Below are positions 1 to 10,995 of a DNA stretch of 64,000 nucleotides, in pieces. Both the position numbers and the translations under genes were made by a program. How positions within the stretch are numbered: the stretch's first letter is position 1; every line of letters starts with the position of its first letter. The stretch is taken from NCBI GenBank assembly GCA_964531375.1, contig CAZHDO010000002.1:21469-85468 (forward strand), given 5' to 3'. Below the pieces are notes generated by a model. That model did not search any database and had not been told where the DNA came from. It saw only the letters and a list, made by a program, of their open reading frames with translations. Origin of the DNA: an uncultured Candidatus Saccharibacteria bacterium (GTDB lineage: Bacteria; Patescibacteriota; Minisyncoccia; Phycocordibacterales; UBA12445).

Positions 1-1106
1 AAAATATCTTTGATTTTAACATCGTAAGCTTCCTTTTTCTCGGCCTCCTTTCTTTTTTCCTCCTTTATTCCAGAATACACACTCCATACCTCATCAAAAT
101 TTATAGATGTTTTCTTTTCATTTTTTGACTGTTTCAATTCGTCACCTATCAACTCAAGATGTCCGGTTGCATTACCATCAACGTCTAAAATTTTAAACAA
201 GGAACTTACTATTTTTATTCTTTCCTCGTCACTAGTAGCAAGTTTATCAATATACTTAAAAATGTTTTCCCTTTTGTTTTGTTTGTCTTTAATATTTTTT
301 AGACTCTCCTTGCTCTTATCTTCCACCTCCTCTTTTGTAATTTCAAGATTTTTAAAATCATTCGCGTCTTTCATATGCGCATTAACAACCTTCATAAAAA
401 TTTTTACTTCATCCTTATCAATACCATTTGCAATAAAACCTTCCTTAACCTTTTTACCAACATCGTAAGTCTCTTCTGTGCTGTCTTTTTTATAAACTTC
501 AGCATGACCCCTCATCGTCTTTATTATTTTACCCTTTTTAGACTCTTCTTCTGTTCCTTTTTTGTTTGCATCATAGTTAGTAACAATATTTTTACCCAAA
601 TCATGATACAAGAACAATATTTTCATTTTCTTCTTCTCGTCAGAAGGAATATCCATTTCTTCAATATTATTTAAACCGGTTTTAACATGATCCCAAACTG
701 TAATACCCTCAGAGTGGGCCACAGAAATAGTCTTTAGCTCGTCTTTGGTCTTATTTGGTTTTTTTCCCTCCTTCTTGTTTTTTTCGTTTTCTAAGGCAAT
801 TTTCTCGTTTTCTGTTTTGATATCCTTATTTAATTCAGCAAGCCTATTCTTTAAAACTTTTTTTAATTCTTCAGGATTATTAAGATTATCAGCAATCTCC
901 TTGTCTTTAATCTGCAAAGTCTTCATATAAGATTGCACCAATTCCAAATTTTCCTTTATTTCCTCAATACCAAATCTTTTTAATTCATTCTTTGACTCAG
1001 CTTCAATTCTTTCTGCTTCTTTTTTATTTTCTAATTCTTGTTTTTCTCCAGAAACGCTGCTATTTTCTCTCATAGCACCTCCCATTTTTTCTGCATTAAA
1101 TCTCAT
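1..1106 (-). CDS. HD-domain protein (runs off the window start)
   Basis: Manually translated from ATG at 1106 (MRFNAEKMGG...), open to the window edge. Contains AHSEG..VWDH, LYHDLGK, GHA and later H/D residues typical of HD domains. Absent from the ORF track because the stop lies outside the window. Confidence 0.7.
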   Translation of the reverse strand, partial: MRFNAEKMGGAMRENSSVSGEKQELENKKEAERIEAESKNELKRFGIEEIKENLELVQSYMKTLQIKDKEIADNLNNPEELKKVLKNRLAELNKDIKTENEKIALENEKNKKEGKKPNKTKDELKTISVAHSEGITVWDHVKTGLNNIEEMDIPSDEKKKMKILFLYHDLGKNIVTNYDANKKGTEEESKKGKIIKTMRGHAEVYKKDSTEETYDVGKKVKEGFIANGIDKDEVKIFMKVVNAHMKDANDFKNLEITKEEVEDKSKESLKNIKDKQNKRENIFKYIDKLATSDEERIKIVSSLFKILDVDGNATGHLELIGDELKQSKNEKKTSINFDEVWSVYSGIKEEKRKEAEKKEAYDVKIKDI

Positions 1107-1215
1107 GAGTTTTAAAAATATTATTTATAATGAAGAAATTATATCACGTTCTTTAAAAAATAATAAAAGCGCCATCATTTACGACTGGCGCTTACATACA
1201 AAGATAAATAAGGAG

Positions 1216-1809
1216 TTATGAAGCGAGAAACCTTACCATTCCAATCACTTCGGAGATTTTGCCAACAATACCCCGATTACCATTGATAACAAAATGACGA
1301 TGATGTTTTTCCCATACTTTTTTAACAGAGGCTTCAATTTCAATAGCTTTTTCCAGTGGCTCAAAACGATGAGAATTACCAGCCTTGCCATATTTATCAG
1401 GATCAACAACCGAAAGCGATTCAAGGTGGACAATGGCATCGTACCCATTAAGACAATCATCCTGGTTCAAATTGAATTTCTTACAAAACTCGTCAGACCC
1501 GCCTGGCGTATATGCAGCACCGTCAAGAATGCCACGGTCACAAATCAAAATTTTTTTCCCTTCTTTTTTGGCTTTAATGACAATGACACGCTCCACTGAT
1601 TTTTGAAGTGGTAAAATAACATTTTGAAATGCCTCTTGCCACTCCTCGGACCACTCGACATCTCTGCCCGGGGTAGGAAAACCACCCTCTAGAAGCATTG
1701 TTGCGACCTCAGGAACGACAGCAACTTCTTTTTCAAATTCTACACCAAGTGCCGAAATAACCGTTGTTTTACCACCACAAGGGCCGCCCGTAATAACAAT
1801 CTTTTTCAT
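1216..1809 (-). CDS. P-loop NTPase/kinase, AAA_28/NadR-like
   Basis: N-terminal ITGGPCGGKTT, then VPEVAT and ICDRGILDG motifs; GGAG RBS upstream. Confidence 0.75.
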   Translation of the reverse strand: MKKIVITGGPCGGKTTVISALGVEFEKEVAVVPEVATMLLEGGFPTPGRDVEWSEEWQEAFQNVILPLQKSVERVIVIKAKKEGKKILICDRGILDGAAYTPGGSDEFCKKFNLNQDDCLNGYDAIVHLESLSVVDPDKYGKAGNSHRFEPLEKAIEIEASVKKVWEKHHRHFVINGNRGIVGKISEVIGMVRFLAS

Positions 1810-2020
1810 AAATACTCCTTTTTTTCTTGTTAAATTTTAATGTACAAATTTGCTGTAAAGTAGAATAACATTTTTAATCTCCTAGTAAAAAGATTGACAT
1901 GAACACCCAAAAGAATGGTTGTTATTCTTAAAATTGACCTTAATTGCATTCTTTCTGTATAGTTAGGCGAGAAAAAACAAATGAGCTCGTTGAAAAAACC
2001 AAAAAAAGAAAGGAAATTAC

Positions 2021-2653
2021 ATGGATAGCTATATTACGCCAAACCAGATGATTGATTTATTGCGACTGCTTGAGAGAAAGGGGATGACTCCGGAAAAATT
2101 CAAAAAAATCATAGATTCAAACCTCCTGGAAGATTTTTTTGAACTCGATACTAATTCCATAAACGAAATCGACAAGGACGAATTCAGGAGGATCATGGAT
2201 ATTGGACCAAAAGAAAAAAAAATCACCATCAACCAGAGGCTGACCTTAACCCAAATGATTACCGCTGGAGACTACAATTTTGTCGACCCCTTGTTTACTA
2301 AGAACATTAGCAGTTTCAGATTTTCTGCAGGGGTAAAGAAAGAAGAAATAGTCTGTGAGTATATGCAATTCGAGAATAAGATAACTCCACGAGATGCCGA
2401 CAAAGAAATAAGGGCAAAAAACTACAGGTCGACAACAATTGAGGAAATTCTCACTTTCGGGATCGCATTCCCAAAAGAGCAAACCAAGGGCCCGATTGTG
2501 ACCGTGGGAACATCACCAAGAATCGATAACATACAAAAGTTCCCAGGATTAAACATGATTCAGGGAAGAAGCTTGGTTCTTTACAACTGGTTTTGCAGTC
2601 TTGATATCCGTTTTCGATTCCTCGTGGTCAAACGACCGCTGATCGTTAAGTAG
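2021..2653 (+). CDS. hypothetical protein
   Basis: 210 aa ORF with AAGGA RBS, followed by a terminator. Confidence 0.65.
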   Translation: MDSYITPNQMIDLLRLLERKGMTPEKFKKIIDSNLLEDFFELDTNSINEIDKDEFRRIMDIGPKEKKITINQRLTLTQMITAGDYNFVDPLFTKNISSFRFSAGVKKEEIVCEYMQFENKITPRDADKEIRAKNYRSTTIEEILTFGIAFPKEQTKGPIVTVGTSPRIDNIQKFPGLNMIQGRSLVLYNWFCSLDIRFRFLVVKRPLIVK

Positions 2654-2679
2654 CCCCACGCTGTTTGTGGGGTTTTTTT
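2654..2679 (+). terminator. intrinsic terminator
   Basis: CCCCAC-loop-GTGGGG hairpin followed by T7. Confidence 0.7.
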
Positions 2680-2714
2680 ATCCACAGAATATTTTTAGAT
2701 TGATGTGGTATAAT
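2678..2714 (+). promoter_or_regulatory. DnaA box and extended -10 upstream of pilC
   Basis: TTATCCACA at 2678-2686; TGGTATAAT at 2706-2714. Confidence 0.5.
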
Positions 2715-2724
2715 AAATGCATAG

Positions 2725-3945
2725 ATGAAATTTGAGTTCAAGGCAAAAAAGCCAGATGGTAGTTTTATTGAAGGAACAAGAGAAAGTCTTGACCGTTTTC
2801 GACTTTCACACGAAATTGTTTCTGAAGGCCTAATCCCTGTTTTAATAAAACCTGTTTCAGAGGGTAGAAAATTTAATTTCGAATACTTTAACCAATTTTT
2901 TATAAGAATAAGCCTCCAGGAGAAGATTACTTTTTCACGCAACTTGGGCGCAATGCTTGCAGCTGGGCTTTCTTTATCACGATCACTCAGTGTCCTAGAA
3001 AAACAAACAGAAAACCCGAAGTTTAAAAAAATAATAAAATCATTACTAGACGATATTGAGGCTGGTAAAAGTTTAAGCCAAGCCCTTGTCCGTTTTCCTA
3101 ATGTTTTCTCGTCTCTTTTTGTTGCGATGGCCTCTGCGGGAGAGGAGTCAGGAAGTCTACATGAGTCATTAAAAATTGTCAGCGATCAACTAGACAAAAT
3201 ATACGCACTAAGGAAAAAGGTTAAAAGTGCACTTATATACCCAATAGTCATCTTAATCGCAATGGTTATAATTGGCTCTTTGATGCTTATTTATGTTGTT
3301 CCAACGATAATCGGGACATTTAAGGATTTTGATGCGACACTACCACTTTCTACAAAAATTGTTATAAATTCAAGTAACTTCCTGGTAAATAACTTTTTGC
3401 TTGTACTGTTTTCTTCCATATTTTTAGGATTCTTGTCGTATACAGCTGTAAATTCAGCAAAAGGACACAGGGTTACGGATTATATTTTACTAAAACTCCC
3501 CGTAATCTCCGAAATCGTTAAACAAATCAACACAGCCACAACAGCAAGAACAATTTCTTCTCTAGTTTCTTCTGGGGTAACACTAACAAAATCCCTAGAA
3601 ATAACTGCCGATGTTATACAAAATTATTACTATCGAAACGCCATTTTAAGGGCCGCTATTGGTATCCAAAATGGCGAATCCCTATCAAACCTATTTAAAA
3701 AAGAGGGTAATTTATTCCCAATTTTGATTACCGAAATGACTGAAGTGGGGGAAGAAACTGGCGGTCTTCCAAAAATGCTCATGAGTGTGGCAATTTTTTA
3801 CGAGGGTGAAGTTGATTCGTTAACAAAAGATATCTCTACAATTATTGAACCGGCTTTAATGCTTATTATTGGCGCTGCTGTCGGTTTTTTCGCCCTTGCG
3901 ATGATCCAACCTATATATGCACTAAGCGGAGGCGCTGGAATTTAA
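2725..3945 (+). CDS. pilC: type IV pilus/T2SS inner-membrane platform protein (PilC/GspF)
   Basis: 406 aa; FSRNLGAMLAAGLSL, AGEESGSL, LIYP, VGEETG and IIEP motifs of the two GspF domains. Confidence 0.92.
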   Translation: MKFEFKAKKPDGSFIEGTRESLDRFRLSHEIVSEGLIPVLIKPVSEGRKFNFEYFNQFFIRISLQEKITFSRNLGAMLAAGLSLSRSLSVLEKQTENPKFKKIIKSLLDDIEAGKSLSQALVRFPNVFSSLFVAMASAGEESGSLHESLKIVSDQLDKIYALRKKVKSALIYPIVILIAMVIIGSLMLIYVVPTIIGTFKDFDATLPLSTKIVINSSNFLVNNFLLVLFSSIFLGFLSYTAVNSAKGHRVTDYILLKLPVISEIVKQINTATTARTISSLVSSGVTLTKSLEITADVIQNYYYRNAILRAAIGIQNGESLSNLFKKEGNLFPILITEMTEVGEETGGLPKMLMSVAIFYEGEVDSLTKDISTIIEPALMLIIGAAVGFFALAMIQPIYALSGGAGI

Positions 3946-4003
3946 GGTATTTGGTTTTTTGAGATAATAAATAAACACGAACTTCCACAACACAAGAATT
4001 GTT

Positions 4004-5806
4004 ATGCATAAAAACAAAAAAACAGGTTTTACACTAATAGAAACACTTGTTGGAGTTGCTATTTTTGTGATGATAGCAAGTAGTGTATACGAGGCGTATT
4101 CTTTGTTAATAAAATCAGCAAGGCTTTCCAGACTCAAAATAGCAGCAACGATGATCGCAAACGAACAAATAGAAATTGCTAGAAATCTTCCATATTCACA
4201 AGTTGGAACAGCTGGTGGTGTACCAAGTGGAGTAATGATTGCAGACAGAGTAATAGAAAGAGATAACGCAAAATTTAACGTAAAAGCAACAATTAGAAAC
4301 ATTGATGATCCTTTTGACGGAACACTTGGAGGTTCGCCAGGGGACACAGCTCCTGCAGACTACAAAAAAGTAGAGGTAGACGTTTCTTGTCCAGGGTGCG
4401 GAGGTGGATTTACAGATCTTAACCTAAACACAATAGTGGCCCCGAAAAATCTCGAAACAACATCAAGCAATGGTGCTTTATTTATAAATGTCTACGACGC
4501 GCTAGGACAACCAATCCCCAGTGCAGATGTAAAAGTAATAAATAGCACAGTAAGTCCAAACATCAACCTAACCGACATAACTGGTAATAATGGCTCACTA
4601 CAACTTGTCGATGTCCCTCCCTCAAGCCAAAGCTATCAGGTACAAGTTTCAAAAAAGGGTTATTCTAGTGAGATGACATATGCTCCAAACGGCACAATCA
4701 AAAATCCTGTTAAACCAAATTCAACAATAGCAGCACAAAAAGTTACGCAAATAAGTTTTTCTATCGATAAATTAAGCACAATTAATTTTTCAACACTTTC
4801 TTCTAATTGCACACCAAGTCCAAGTGTTGGTTTCCAACTAACAGGAAATAAAACACTAGGCACCACACCTACTGTTTTAAAGTACAATAAATATTTGACT
4901 ACCGATCAGAGTGGAAACAAAAACCTAAGTGATATTGAATGGGACACCTACAACATAGCGGTACCAGTAACATCGACAAGTACCTACTACATGACCGGAT
5001 CGCTGCCAACGTCTCCTACACTAACTTTACCAAATTCAACACAAAATTTTTATATAGTAACAAAACCAAAATTACCAAACGCCATATTAATATCTGTTAA
5101 AGATCAAGGAACAAAATTGCCAATAACAGGGGCTACTGTAACCTGGCTCAAAGGAACAACAGCTTCTTCTACGCTCGTAACAGGGAGAACTTCACAAACC
5201 CAAACCGACTGGTCTGGTGGTGAGGGACAGGACTATGTTATAAATCAAACAAAATTTTACAGCTCATCAAACATTAATTTCAATAATCCAATAGGGGATA
5301 TTCATCTTTCAGGTGCGCTTAATAACTATGAAAGCAGTGGTTTTCTAGAATCTTCGACGTTTGACATCGGCTCGGCGGGAAATTTCTACAGCCTGATATG
5401 GAACCCAAAGGACCAACCCTCAAAAACAGGCTCAAATAGTGTCAAATTCCAGATTGCCACAAATAATGACAAAAATACTTGGAATTATTTAGGTCCAGAT
5501 GGTACCTCAAATAGTTATTATGTTGTTTCTGGCACAAACATTAACGCATTACATAACGGAAATAGATACCTTAGATACAAAGCATTACTAAACACAGCTT
5601 CAACCTCAACAACCCCCACAATTTCAGATGTTTCTTTCGGGTTTACCGGCGCATGCGTTCCTGTTGGACAAGTTTTTTTTGATGGCCTGGCAACGGGAAA
5701 CTATACTCTAAATATCTCACGAAACAGCTATAATAGTATAACCAACCAGGCTTTTTCCGTTACAAATGGTTGGCAAGAGTTAATTGTTTATATGACACAG
5801 AAATAA
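4004..5806 (+). CDS. large minor pilin with extracellular beta-rich domains
   Basis: Class III signal KKTG|FTLIETLV followed by a long Ser/Thr/Asn-rich extension. Confidence 0.85.
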   Translation: MHKNKKTGFTLIETLVGVAIFVMIASSVYEAYSLLIKSARLSRLKIAATMIANEQIEIARNLPYSQVGTAGGVPSGVMIADRVIERDNAKFNVKATIRNIDDPFDGTLGGSPGDTAPADYKKVEVDVSCPGCGGGFTDLNLNTIVAPKNLETTSSNGALFINVYDALGQPIPSADVKVINSTVSPNINLTDITGNNGSLQLVDVPPSSQSYQVQVSKKGYSSEMTYAPNGTIKNPVKPNSTIAAQKVTQISFSIDKLSTINFSTLSSNCTPSPSVGFQLTGNKTLGTTPTVLKYNKYLTTDQSGNKNLSDIEWDTYNIAVPVTSTSTYYMTGSLPTSPTLTLPNSTQNFYIVTKPKLPNAILISVKDQGTKLPITGATVTWLKGTTASSTLVTGRTSQTQTDWSGGEGQDYVINQTKFYSSSNINFNNPIGDIHLSGALNNYESSGFLESSTFDIGSAGNFYSLIWNPKDQPSKTGSNSVKFQIATNNDKNTWNYLGPDGTSNSYYVVSGTNINALHNGNRYLRYKALLNTASTSTTPTISDVSFGFTGACVPVGQVFFDGLATGNYTLNISRNSYNSITNQAFSVTNGWQELIVYMTQK

Positions 5807-5807
5807 A

Positions 5808-6434
5808 ATGTTGAAAAATAACAGAAAAAATCTATTTAAAAATGGTTTTACTACTGCTGAATTACTGGTTGGCATAGCAATTTTTGTTTTTATAGGGATG
5901 GCTGTTAACAAGTTTCAATCTAGTATCTTTTCATCTAGTTCTTATTTACAAGCAAGTCTCAGGACAGAAGATGACGCAAGAAGAATACTTAGAACTATTA
6001 TTTCTGAAATAAGGTCAATGAATTATTCAGCTGTTGGTGGATATCCAATAACCTCCGCAACTGGCAATTCATTTATTTTTTATAGCGACACAAACAATGA
6101 CAATAATACGGAAAGGTTGAGATATTTTATAGAAGGAACGAATCTAAAACGTGGAATTGTGTACCCAACAGGTTCTCCATTTTCCTATGACCTAAATAAT
6201 GAAAAAATATCTATAATTACTTCAAATATAGTAGCCACATCCAGTATTTTTTCTTATTTTAGTGACAGCTATGTTGGTACAGGAATGCCATTACCTGAAC
6301 CCGTAAATCTACCGGATGTAAGATTGATTAAAGTGAGTATTCCGGCCACTATTAAAACAGCCGACGGAAAAATATCGACTTCTTATGAAATTTCAAGTCA
6401 AGTTTCGATTAGAAATCTAAAAGATAATATGTAA
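5808..6434 (+). CDS. minor pilin (PilW-like)
   Basis: KNG|FTTAELLV prepilin motif. Confidence 0.8.
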   Translation: MLKNNRKNLFKNGFTTAELLVGIAIFVFIGMAVNKFQSSIFSSSSYLQASLRTEDDARRILRTIISEIRSMNYSAVGGYPITSATGNSFIFYSDTNNDNNTERLRYFIEGTNLKRGIVYPTGSPFSYDLNNEKISIITSNIVATSSIFSYFSDSYVGTGMPLPEPVNLPDVRLIKVSIPATIKTADGKISTSYEISSQVSIRNLKDNM

Positions 6435-7903
6435 TGCTAGGTTTCAATAATAAAACACAAGATAAAAGCAAGAAACCAAAAAAGAAAGGTGCAATTTTGG
6501 TACAGATAATCGTTTTAACCTCTCTTGCTTCAATGCTAATAACCGCCCTTGCGAACTGGAGCGCGATATCTCTAAAAACCAGTAGAAAAGAATATTACAG
6601 AGAAATAGCGATACAAATTGCCGAGGCTGGAATAGATTATTACAGATGGCATTTAGCACACGCGCCAACCGACTACAAAGACGGAACACAGACAAATGGC
6701 CCATATGTTCACAATTACTACGATAAAAATGGAAATATACTTGGAACATTCTCTTTAGATATAACAGCGCCAACAACCGGCTCAACAAATGTAAAAATAA
6801 GATCAACAGGAAAGGTTTCGGCAGACGCAACTATTTCAAGAAAAATTGAAGTCGCGGTGGCAAAACCATCATTGGCCAAGTATGCAGTTATAACCGAAAA
6901 AGACGTAAGATTTGGTGAGGGGACAGAGATATATGGACCAGTACATTCTAACGGTGGCATTCGCTTCGATGGACTTGCACACAACATTGTCTCTTCTGCA
7001 CTATCCAATTACAACGACCCAGACCACTCTGGAAATGTTGAATATGCAGTGCACACACACCTAAATTCAGTCGACCCATACCCGCCAGCGACACTACCGA
7101 GCAGGGGTGATGTATTCCAGACAGGGAGATCCTTCCCAGTACCAGCTGTTGATTTTGCAAAATTCACAAACGATCTTTCTACTCTAAAAACAATAGCGCA
7201 ATCTTCTGGAGTCTATCTTTCAAGTTCGGGAAAATTAGGCTATCACCTTGTGCTAAAAACCAACGGAACTTTTGATATTTACAAAGTTACACAGCTCGTT
7301 CCTGTACCACAAAATTGTAATAGCAATAGCGGTCAGTTCGGATGGGGGACATGGAGTATTCAAACTGAAACTTTTGTACAAAATAGAGCATTCCCAACCA
7401 ATGGAATAATTTTTGCCGAGGATGATATTTGGGTTGATGGACAAATAAATAACGCGCGGCTAACGGTTGCCTGTGGACACTTCCCGGAAAACAAGGGTCA
7501 GGAAACTTCAATAACTGTAAACAATAATTTACTTTATACTTACTATGACGGAAGAGATAGCATCGGATTAATTTCTCAAGGTAATATAAACGCAGGTTTG
7601 ATGAGCGCCGATGTCCTTAGGATAGACGCTGCTCTTATTGCAAAAAACGATAGGGTAGGAAGATATTACTATCAACCTTCTTCCGGCAACAAAACCAATT
7701 GCTCTCCCTATGACACGAGAGACACAATTACTCTTTATGGGATGATAGCAACAAATGAGAGGTACGGTTTTGCCTACACAGACGACACCGGATATCAAAT
7801 AAGAAATATTATTTACGACGCGAATTTATTATTTTCACCCCCACCAAATTTCCCACTAACGACAGACCAATATCAAATAATTTCTTGGAAAGAAATAAAA
7901 TAA
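6434..7903 (+). CDS. PilX-like minor pilin
   Basis: KKG|AILV without E5 and an AIQIAEAGI motif, typical of PilX N-termini. Confidence 0.75.
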   Translation: MLGFNNKTQDKSKKPKKKGAILVQIIVLTSLASMLITALANWSAISLKTSRKEYYREIAIQIAEAGIDYYRWHLAHAPTDYKDGTQTNGPYVHNYYDKNGNILGTFSLDITAPTTGSTNVKIRSTGKVSADATISRKIEVAVAKPSLAKYAVITEKDVRFGEGTEIYGPVHSNGGIRFDGLAHNIVSSALSNYNDPDHSGNVEYAVHTHLNSVDPYPPATLPSRGDVFQTGRSFPVPAVDFAKFTNDLSTLKTIAQSSGVYLSSSGKLGYHLVLKTNGTFDIYKVTQLVPVPQNCNSNSGQFGWGTWSIQTETFVQNRAFPTNGIIFAEDDIWVDGQINNARLTVACGHFPENKGQETSITVNNNLLYTYYDGRDSIGLISQGNINAGLMSADVLRIDAALIAKNDRVGRYYYQPSSGNKTNCSPYDTRDTITLYGMIATNERYGFAYTDDTGYQIRNIIYDANLLFSPPPNFPLTTDQYQIISWKEIK

Positions 7904-7928
7904 AAACTGCTCACAAAAAGCAGTTTTT
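7902..7928 (+). terminator. intrinsic terminator
   Basis: AAAAACTGC...GCAGTTTTT hairpin after the pilin operon. Confidence 0.6.
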
Positions 7929-8262
7929 ATTTTTACAAAAAATTTGAAATTTCGTTCTCGTTTTTTTTATAAAATATAGTCCTCATTGAAAATATATTTA
8001 CTAAAAATAAAAAATTCAAAACGCGAGAGACGCAGGTAGTATCGGTCACAAAAATAATAAAAATTTTGATGTCATTTTTTTGAGTGATTTTAATTAAAAA
8101 TAAATTACTAAATAATCATAAATAAAATAAAAATAATTTTTAAAAAATATTTTACCTTTCGTTAATTATAAAAATATTTTTAATTAAATAAATTTTAATT
8201 TAATTAATACCAGAATGTGCTATCATTTTGTTATTAAAAAATATTACCAAAACGAACAAAAA

Positions 8263-9045
8263 ATGCTTAAGAAAAAAATCATTATTGCCAACTGGAAAAT
8301 GGGTCCAGACAGTATTAAAGAGGCGACTGGGTTTGTTTCACAAATTTTTAAAAAAATTTATTTTTTAAAAAATAAACCAAAAATTGTAATTTGTCCGCCA
8401 CTTCCATACATCTCAGAAATCAAAAAAAACGTTTCATCAAACAAAAATAATGATTTAAATATTGGAGCGCAAGATTGTTTCTATGAAGACAAAGGACCTT
8501 TTACAGGAGAGATATCTTCTCTGTCACTTAAGTCACTAGGAGTTAAGTACATCACAATCGGTCATCACGAAAGGAGATTGCGTGGTGAAACAAATGAAAT
8601 AGTAAACAAAAAATTAAAAAATTTACTAAAAAATGGTTTCACGGGAATTCTTTGTGTGGGAGAAATAGAAAAAGATGAAACCGGGAATTATTTAAAATTT
8701 ATCGAAGAAGAAATTAGGGAGTGTCTAAAATCTATACAAAAAAATTATTTAAAAAATATTATTGTCGCGTACCAACCTATCTCAAACCTACTAAATGAAA
8801 ATAAAAACTTACTACACACACACGAAATAAAACAAATTTCTATTTTTATAAAAAAAATTCTTGTTGAAATTTGTGGCAGAGAAATTGGTCTCGAAATTCC
8901 GATAGTTTATGGAGGAAATTTTGATAAGAAAAACTTTGAATTTTTTTTTCTTGAATCTGGAACTGACGGTTTGTTAACAGAAAAAGATGTTTTCAAAAAA
9001 GATAAATTTTTGGAGTTAATTAAATTGTTTGATAATGTAAAATAA
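8263..9045 (+). CDS. tpiA: triosephosphate isomerase homolog with degenerate active site
   Basis: IANWKM, GAQD, GPFTGEIS and IGHHERR are present, but AYQPIS replaces AYEPVW. Start moved to MLKKK. Confidence 0.8.
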   Translation: MLKKKIIIANWKMGPDSIKEATGFVSQIFKKIYFLKNKPKIVICPPLPYISEIKKNVSSNKNNDLNIGAQDCFYEDKGPFTGEISSLSLKSLGVKYITIGHHERRLRGETNEIVNKKLKNLLKNGFTGILCVGEIEKDETGNYLKFIEEEIRECLKSIQKNYLKNIIVAYQPISNLLNENKNLLHTHEIKQISIFIKKILVEICGREIGLEIPIVYGGNFDKKNFEFFFLESGTDGLLTEKDVFKKDKFLELIKLFDNVK

Positions 9046-10151
9046 TGAACATAAAAACGATAAAAAATTTAAAGGATTTTGGTGGTAAAAAATTTCTACT
9101 TCGATTAGATCTAAATGTACCGATGATTGACGGAATAATTCAAGATGACTACAGAATTAAAAGATCACTTGCGACAATAAATTATTTAAAAAATGGTGGA
9201 GCTAAAATTATAATAATTAGTCACACAGAAAGCGACCCAAACAACTCCTTAAGAAGTGTTGCAAATTTTTTAAATTACAAATTTCTTGATTTAGATTTTA
9301 ATACGCTCGAAGATAAAATTAGAAAAATAGAAAATGGCGAAATTGTAGTTTTAGAGAACTTAAGAACCAACCCAGGCGAGAAAAAAAATGATGAAGCTTT
9401 TACCAAAGAGCTCTCCTCGCTTGCCGATTTTTTTGTGAATGAAGCATTCTCTGTTTCTCATCGAGAACATGCCTCTATTGTAGGTATTCCGAAATATTTG
9501 CCAAGCTATTTTGGTTTCCTTTTTGAGGAGGAAATTGATAACCTCTCCCTTGCATTCAACCCAGAGCATCCGTTTACTTTTATTCTCGGAGGTGCAAAAT
9601 TTGAAACCAAACTACCTCTTGTGGAAAAATTCCTAAACATAGCTGATCAAATTTTTATCGGCGGCGCACTCGCAAATAGTTTCTATAAAGAGCTTGGATA
9701 TCAGACAGGAAAATCGTTGGTAGATAACTCAGATTTAAATCTAAAAAAACTTTCTAAAAATAGTAAAATATTTCTACCAGAAGATGTCGTTGTAAATACC
9801 CCCAATGGAGACAAAATTAAAAATGCGAATGACGTTTTTAAAGAAGAAACAATTGTGGATAACGGACCTTTGTTTATAGCCAAATTAGAGAAGGCCATTT
9901 CTTCCTCAAAATTCATACTATGGAATGGCCCTCTTGGCTTAGCCGAAAAAGGTTATTCAGAAGCGACAAACAGAACCTCTGGGGCCATAGCAAATTCAAA
10001 AGCCAAATCAATTATTGGTGGAGGAGATACGATTGCTGCAATAAATAAATTAGACATTATGAATAAGTTCAGCTTTGTTTCTACCGGAGGAGGTGCTATG
10101 CTCGATTTCTTATCGAATGGCACATTGCCCGGAATTGAAGCAATAAAATAA
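9045..10151 (+). CDS. pgk: phosphoglycerate kinase
   Basis: RLDLNVP, LENLR, GGAK, WNGPLG, GGGDT and STGGGA motifs. Confidence 0.95.
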   Translation: MNIKTIKNLKDFGGKKFLLRLDLNVPMIDGIIQDDYRIKRSLATINYLKNGGAKIIIISHTESDPNNSLRSVANFLNYKFLDLDFNTLEDKIRKIENGEIVVLENLRTNPGEKKNDEAFTKELSSLADFFVNEAFSVSHREHASIVGIPKYLPSYFGFLFEEEIDNLSLAFNPEHPFTFILGGAKFETKLPLVEKFLNIADQIFIGGALANSFYKELGYQTGKSLVDNSDLNLKKLSKNSKIFLPEDVVVNTPNGDKIKNANDVFKEETIVDNGPLFIAKLEKAISSSKFILWNGPLGLAEKGYSEATNRTSGAIANSKAKSIIGGGDTIAAINKLDIMNKFSFVSTGGGAMLDFLSNGTLPGIEAIK

Positions 10152-10156
10152 ATACA

Positions 10157-10903
10157 GTGAAAAATAAAATAAAAATAATCTTTGAGGACGCTGATATTGT
10201 GGTTATTGATAAGCCAACAGGTATTTCTGTACACAAAGATGGCAAAAACGCCACAGAATACACAACAGCCGACTGGGTTTTAGAAAATTACCCTGAAATT
10301 AAAGGAATTGGCGAGAACATCGAGCTAGATGAGGATGGGGAAATAGACCGTCCAGGAATCGTACATCGACTAGACAAAGACACAAGTGGGATAATGGTAA
10401 TAGCCAAAACAGTTGGTAGCTATAATTTCCTTAAAAGGCAATTTTTACAAAAAAACATCAAAAAAGTATATAGAGCAATTGTTTTTGGAGAATTCAAAGA
10501 CAACAATGGTATGATAGATAAGCCGATTGGAAGAAGCTCTGGAGATTTCCGAGCTAAAGCAGTCGGCAGTAATGCAAGAGGAGAAATGCGAGAGGCGCTT
10601 ACTTATTACAAGGTTATTGAAAGATTTCCAGGATATTCACTGTTAGAACTTCGACCTAAAACAGGCAGAACTCATCAATTAAGAGTTCACCTCAAGTCAA
10701 TAAGCAAACCGATTGTCTGCGACCCAATTTACGCAAAAGGGAAGGAATGTCCAGAATGGATGAGACGTCTCGCCCTACACGCCGTTTCAATTGAAATACC
10801 CCTACAGGGAGAAGATACTACTGGCAGCCGTACATTTACATCCGAATTACCAAAAGATTTCCAAAATGCAATTTCCACACTAGAAAAAACAAAAAAGGCT
10901 TAA
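10157..10903 (+). CDS. RluA-family pseudouridine synthase
   Basis: HRLDKDTSG and TGRTHQLRVH motifs. Confidence 0.92.
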   Translation: MKNKIKIIFEDADIVVIDKPTGISVHKDGKNATEYTTADWVLENYPEIKGIGENIELDEDGEIDRPGIVHRLDKDTSGIMVIAKTVGSYNFLKRQFLQKNIKKVYRAIVFGEFKDNNGMIDKPIGRSSGDFRAKAVGSNARGEMREALTYYKVIERFPGYSLLELRPKTGRTHQLRVHLKSISKPIVCDPIYAKGKECPEWMRRLALHAVSIEIPLQGEDTTGSRTFTSELPKDFQNAISTLEKTKKA

Positions 10904-10995
10904 ATTTAAAAGAAAAGACTGTTTTTTGCCATTTTAAAGAATAAAACCAGGCCACTCTTGATAAAATAAAAGCTTTATGATAGATTTCAGTAACT

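Noticed and set aside
262-930. Plus-strand short ORFs here and similar antisense ORFs throughout
   Set aside because: They are shadows of longer motif-bearing genes on the opposite strand.
7930-8214. Very AT-rich spacer before tpiA as an ncRNA or second origin
   Set aside because: Only weak inverted matches expected at this composition, and no DnaA boxes were seen.
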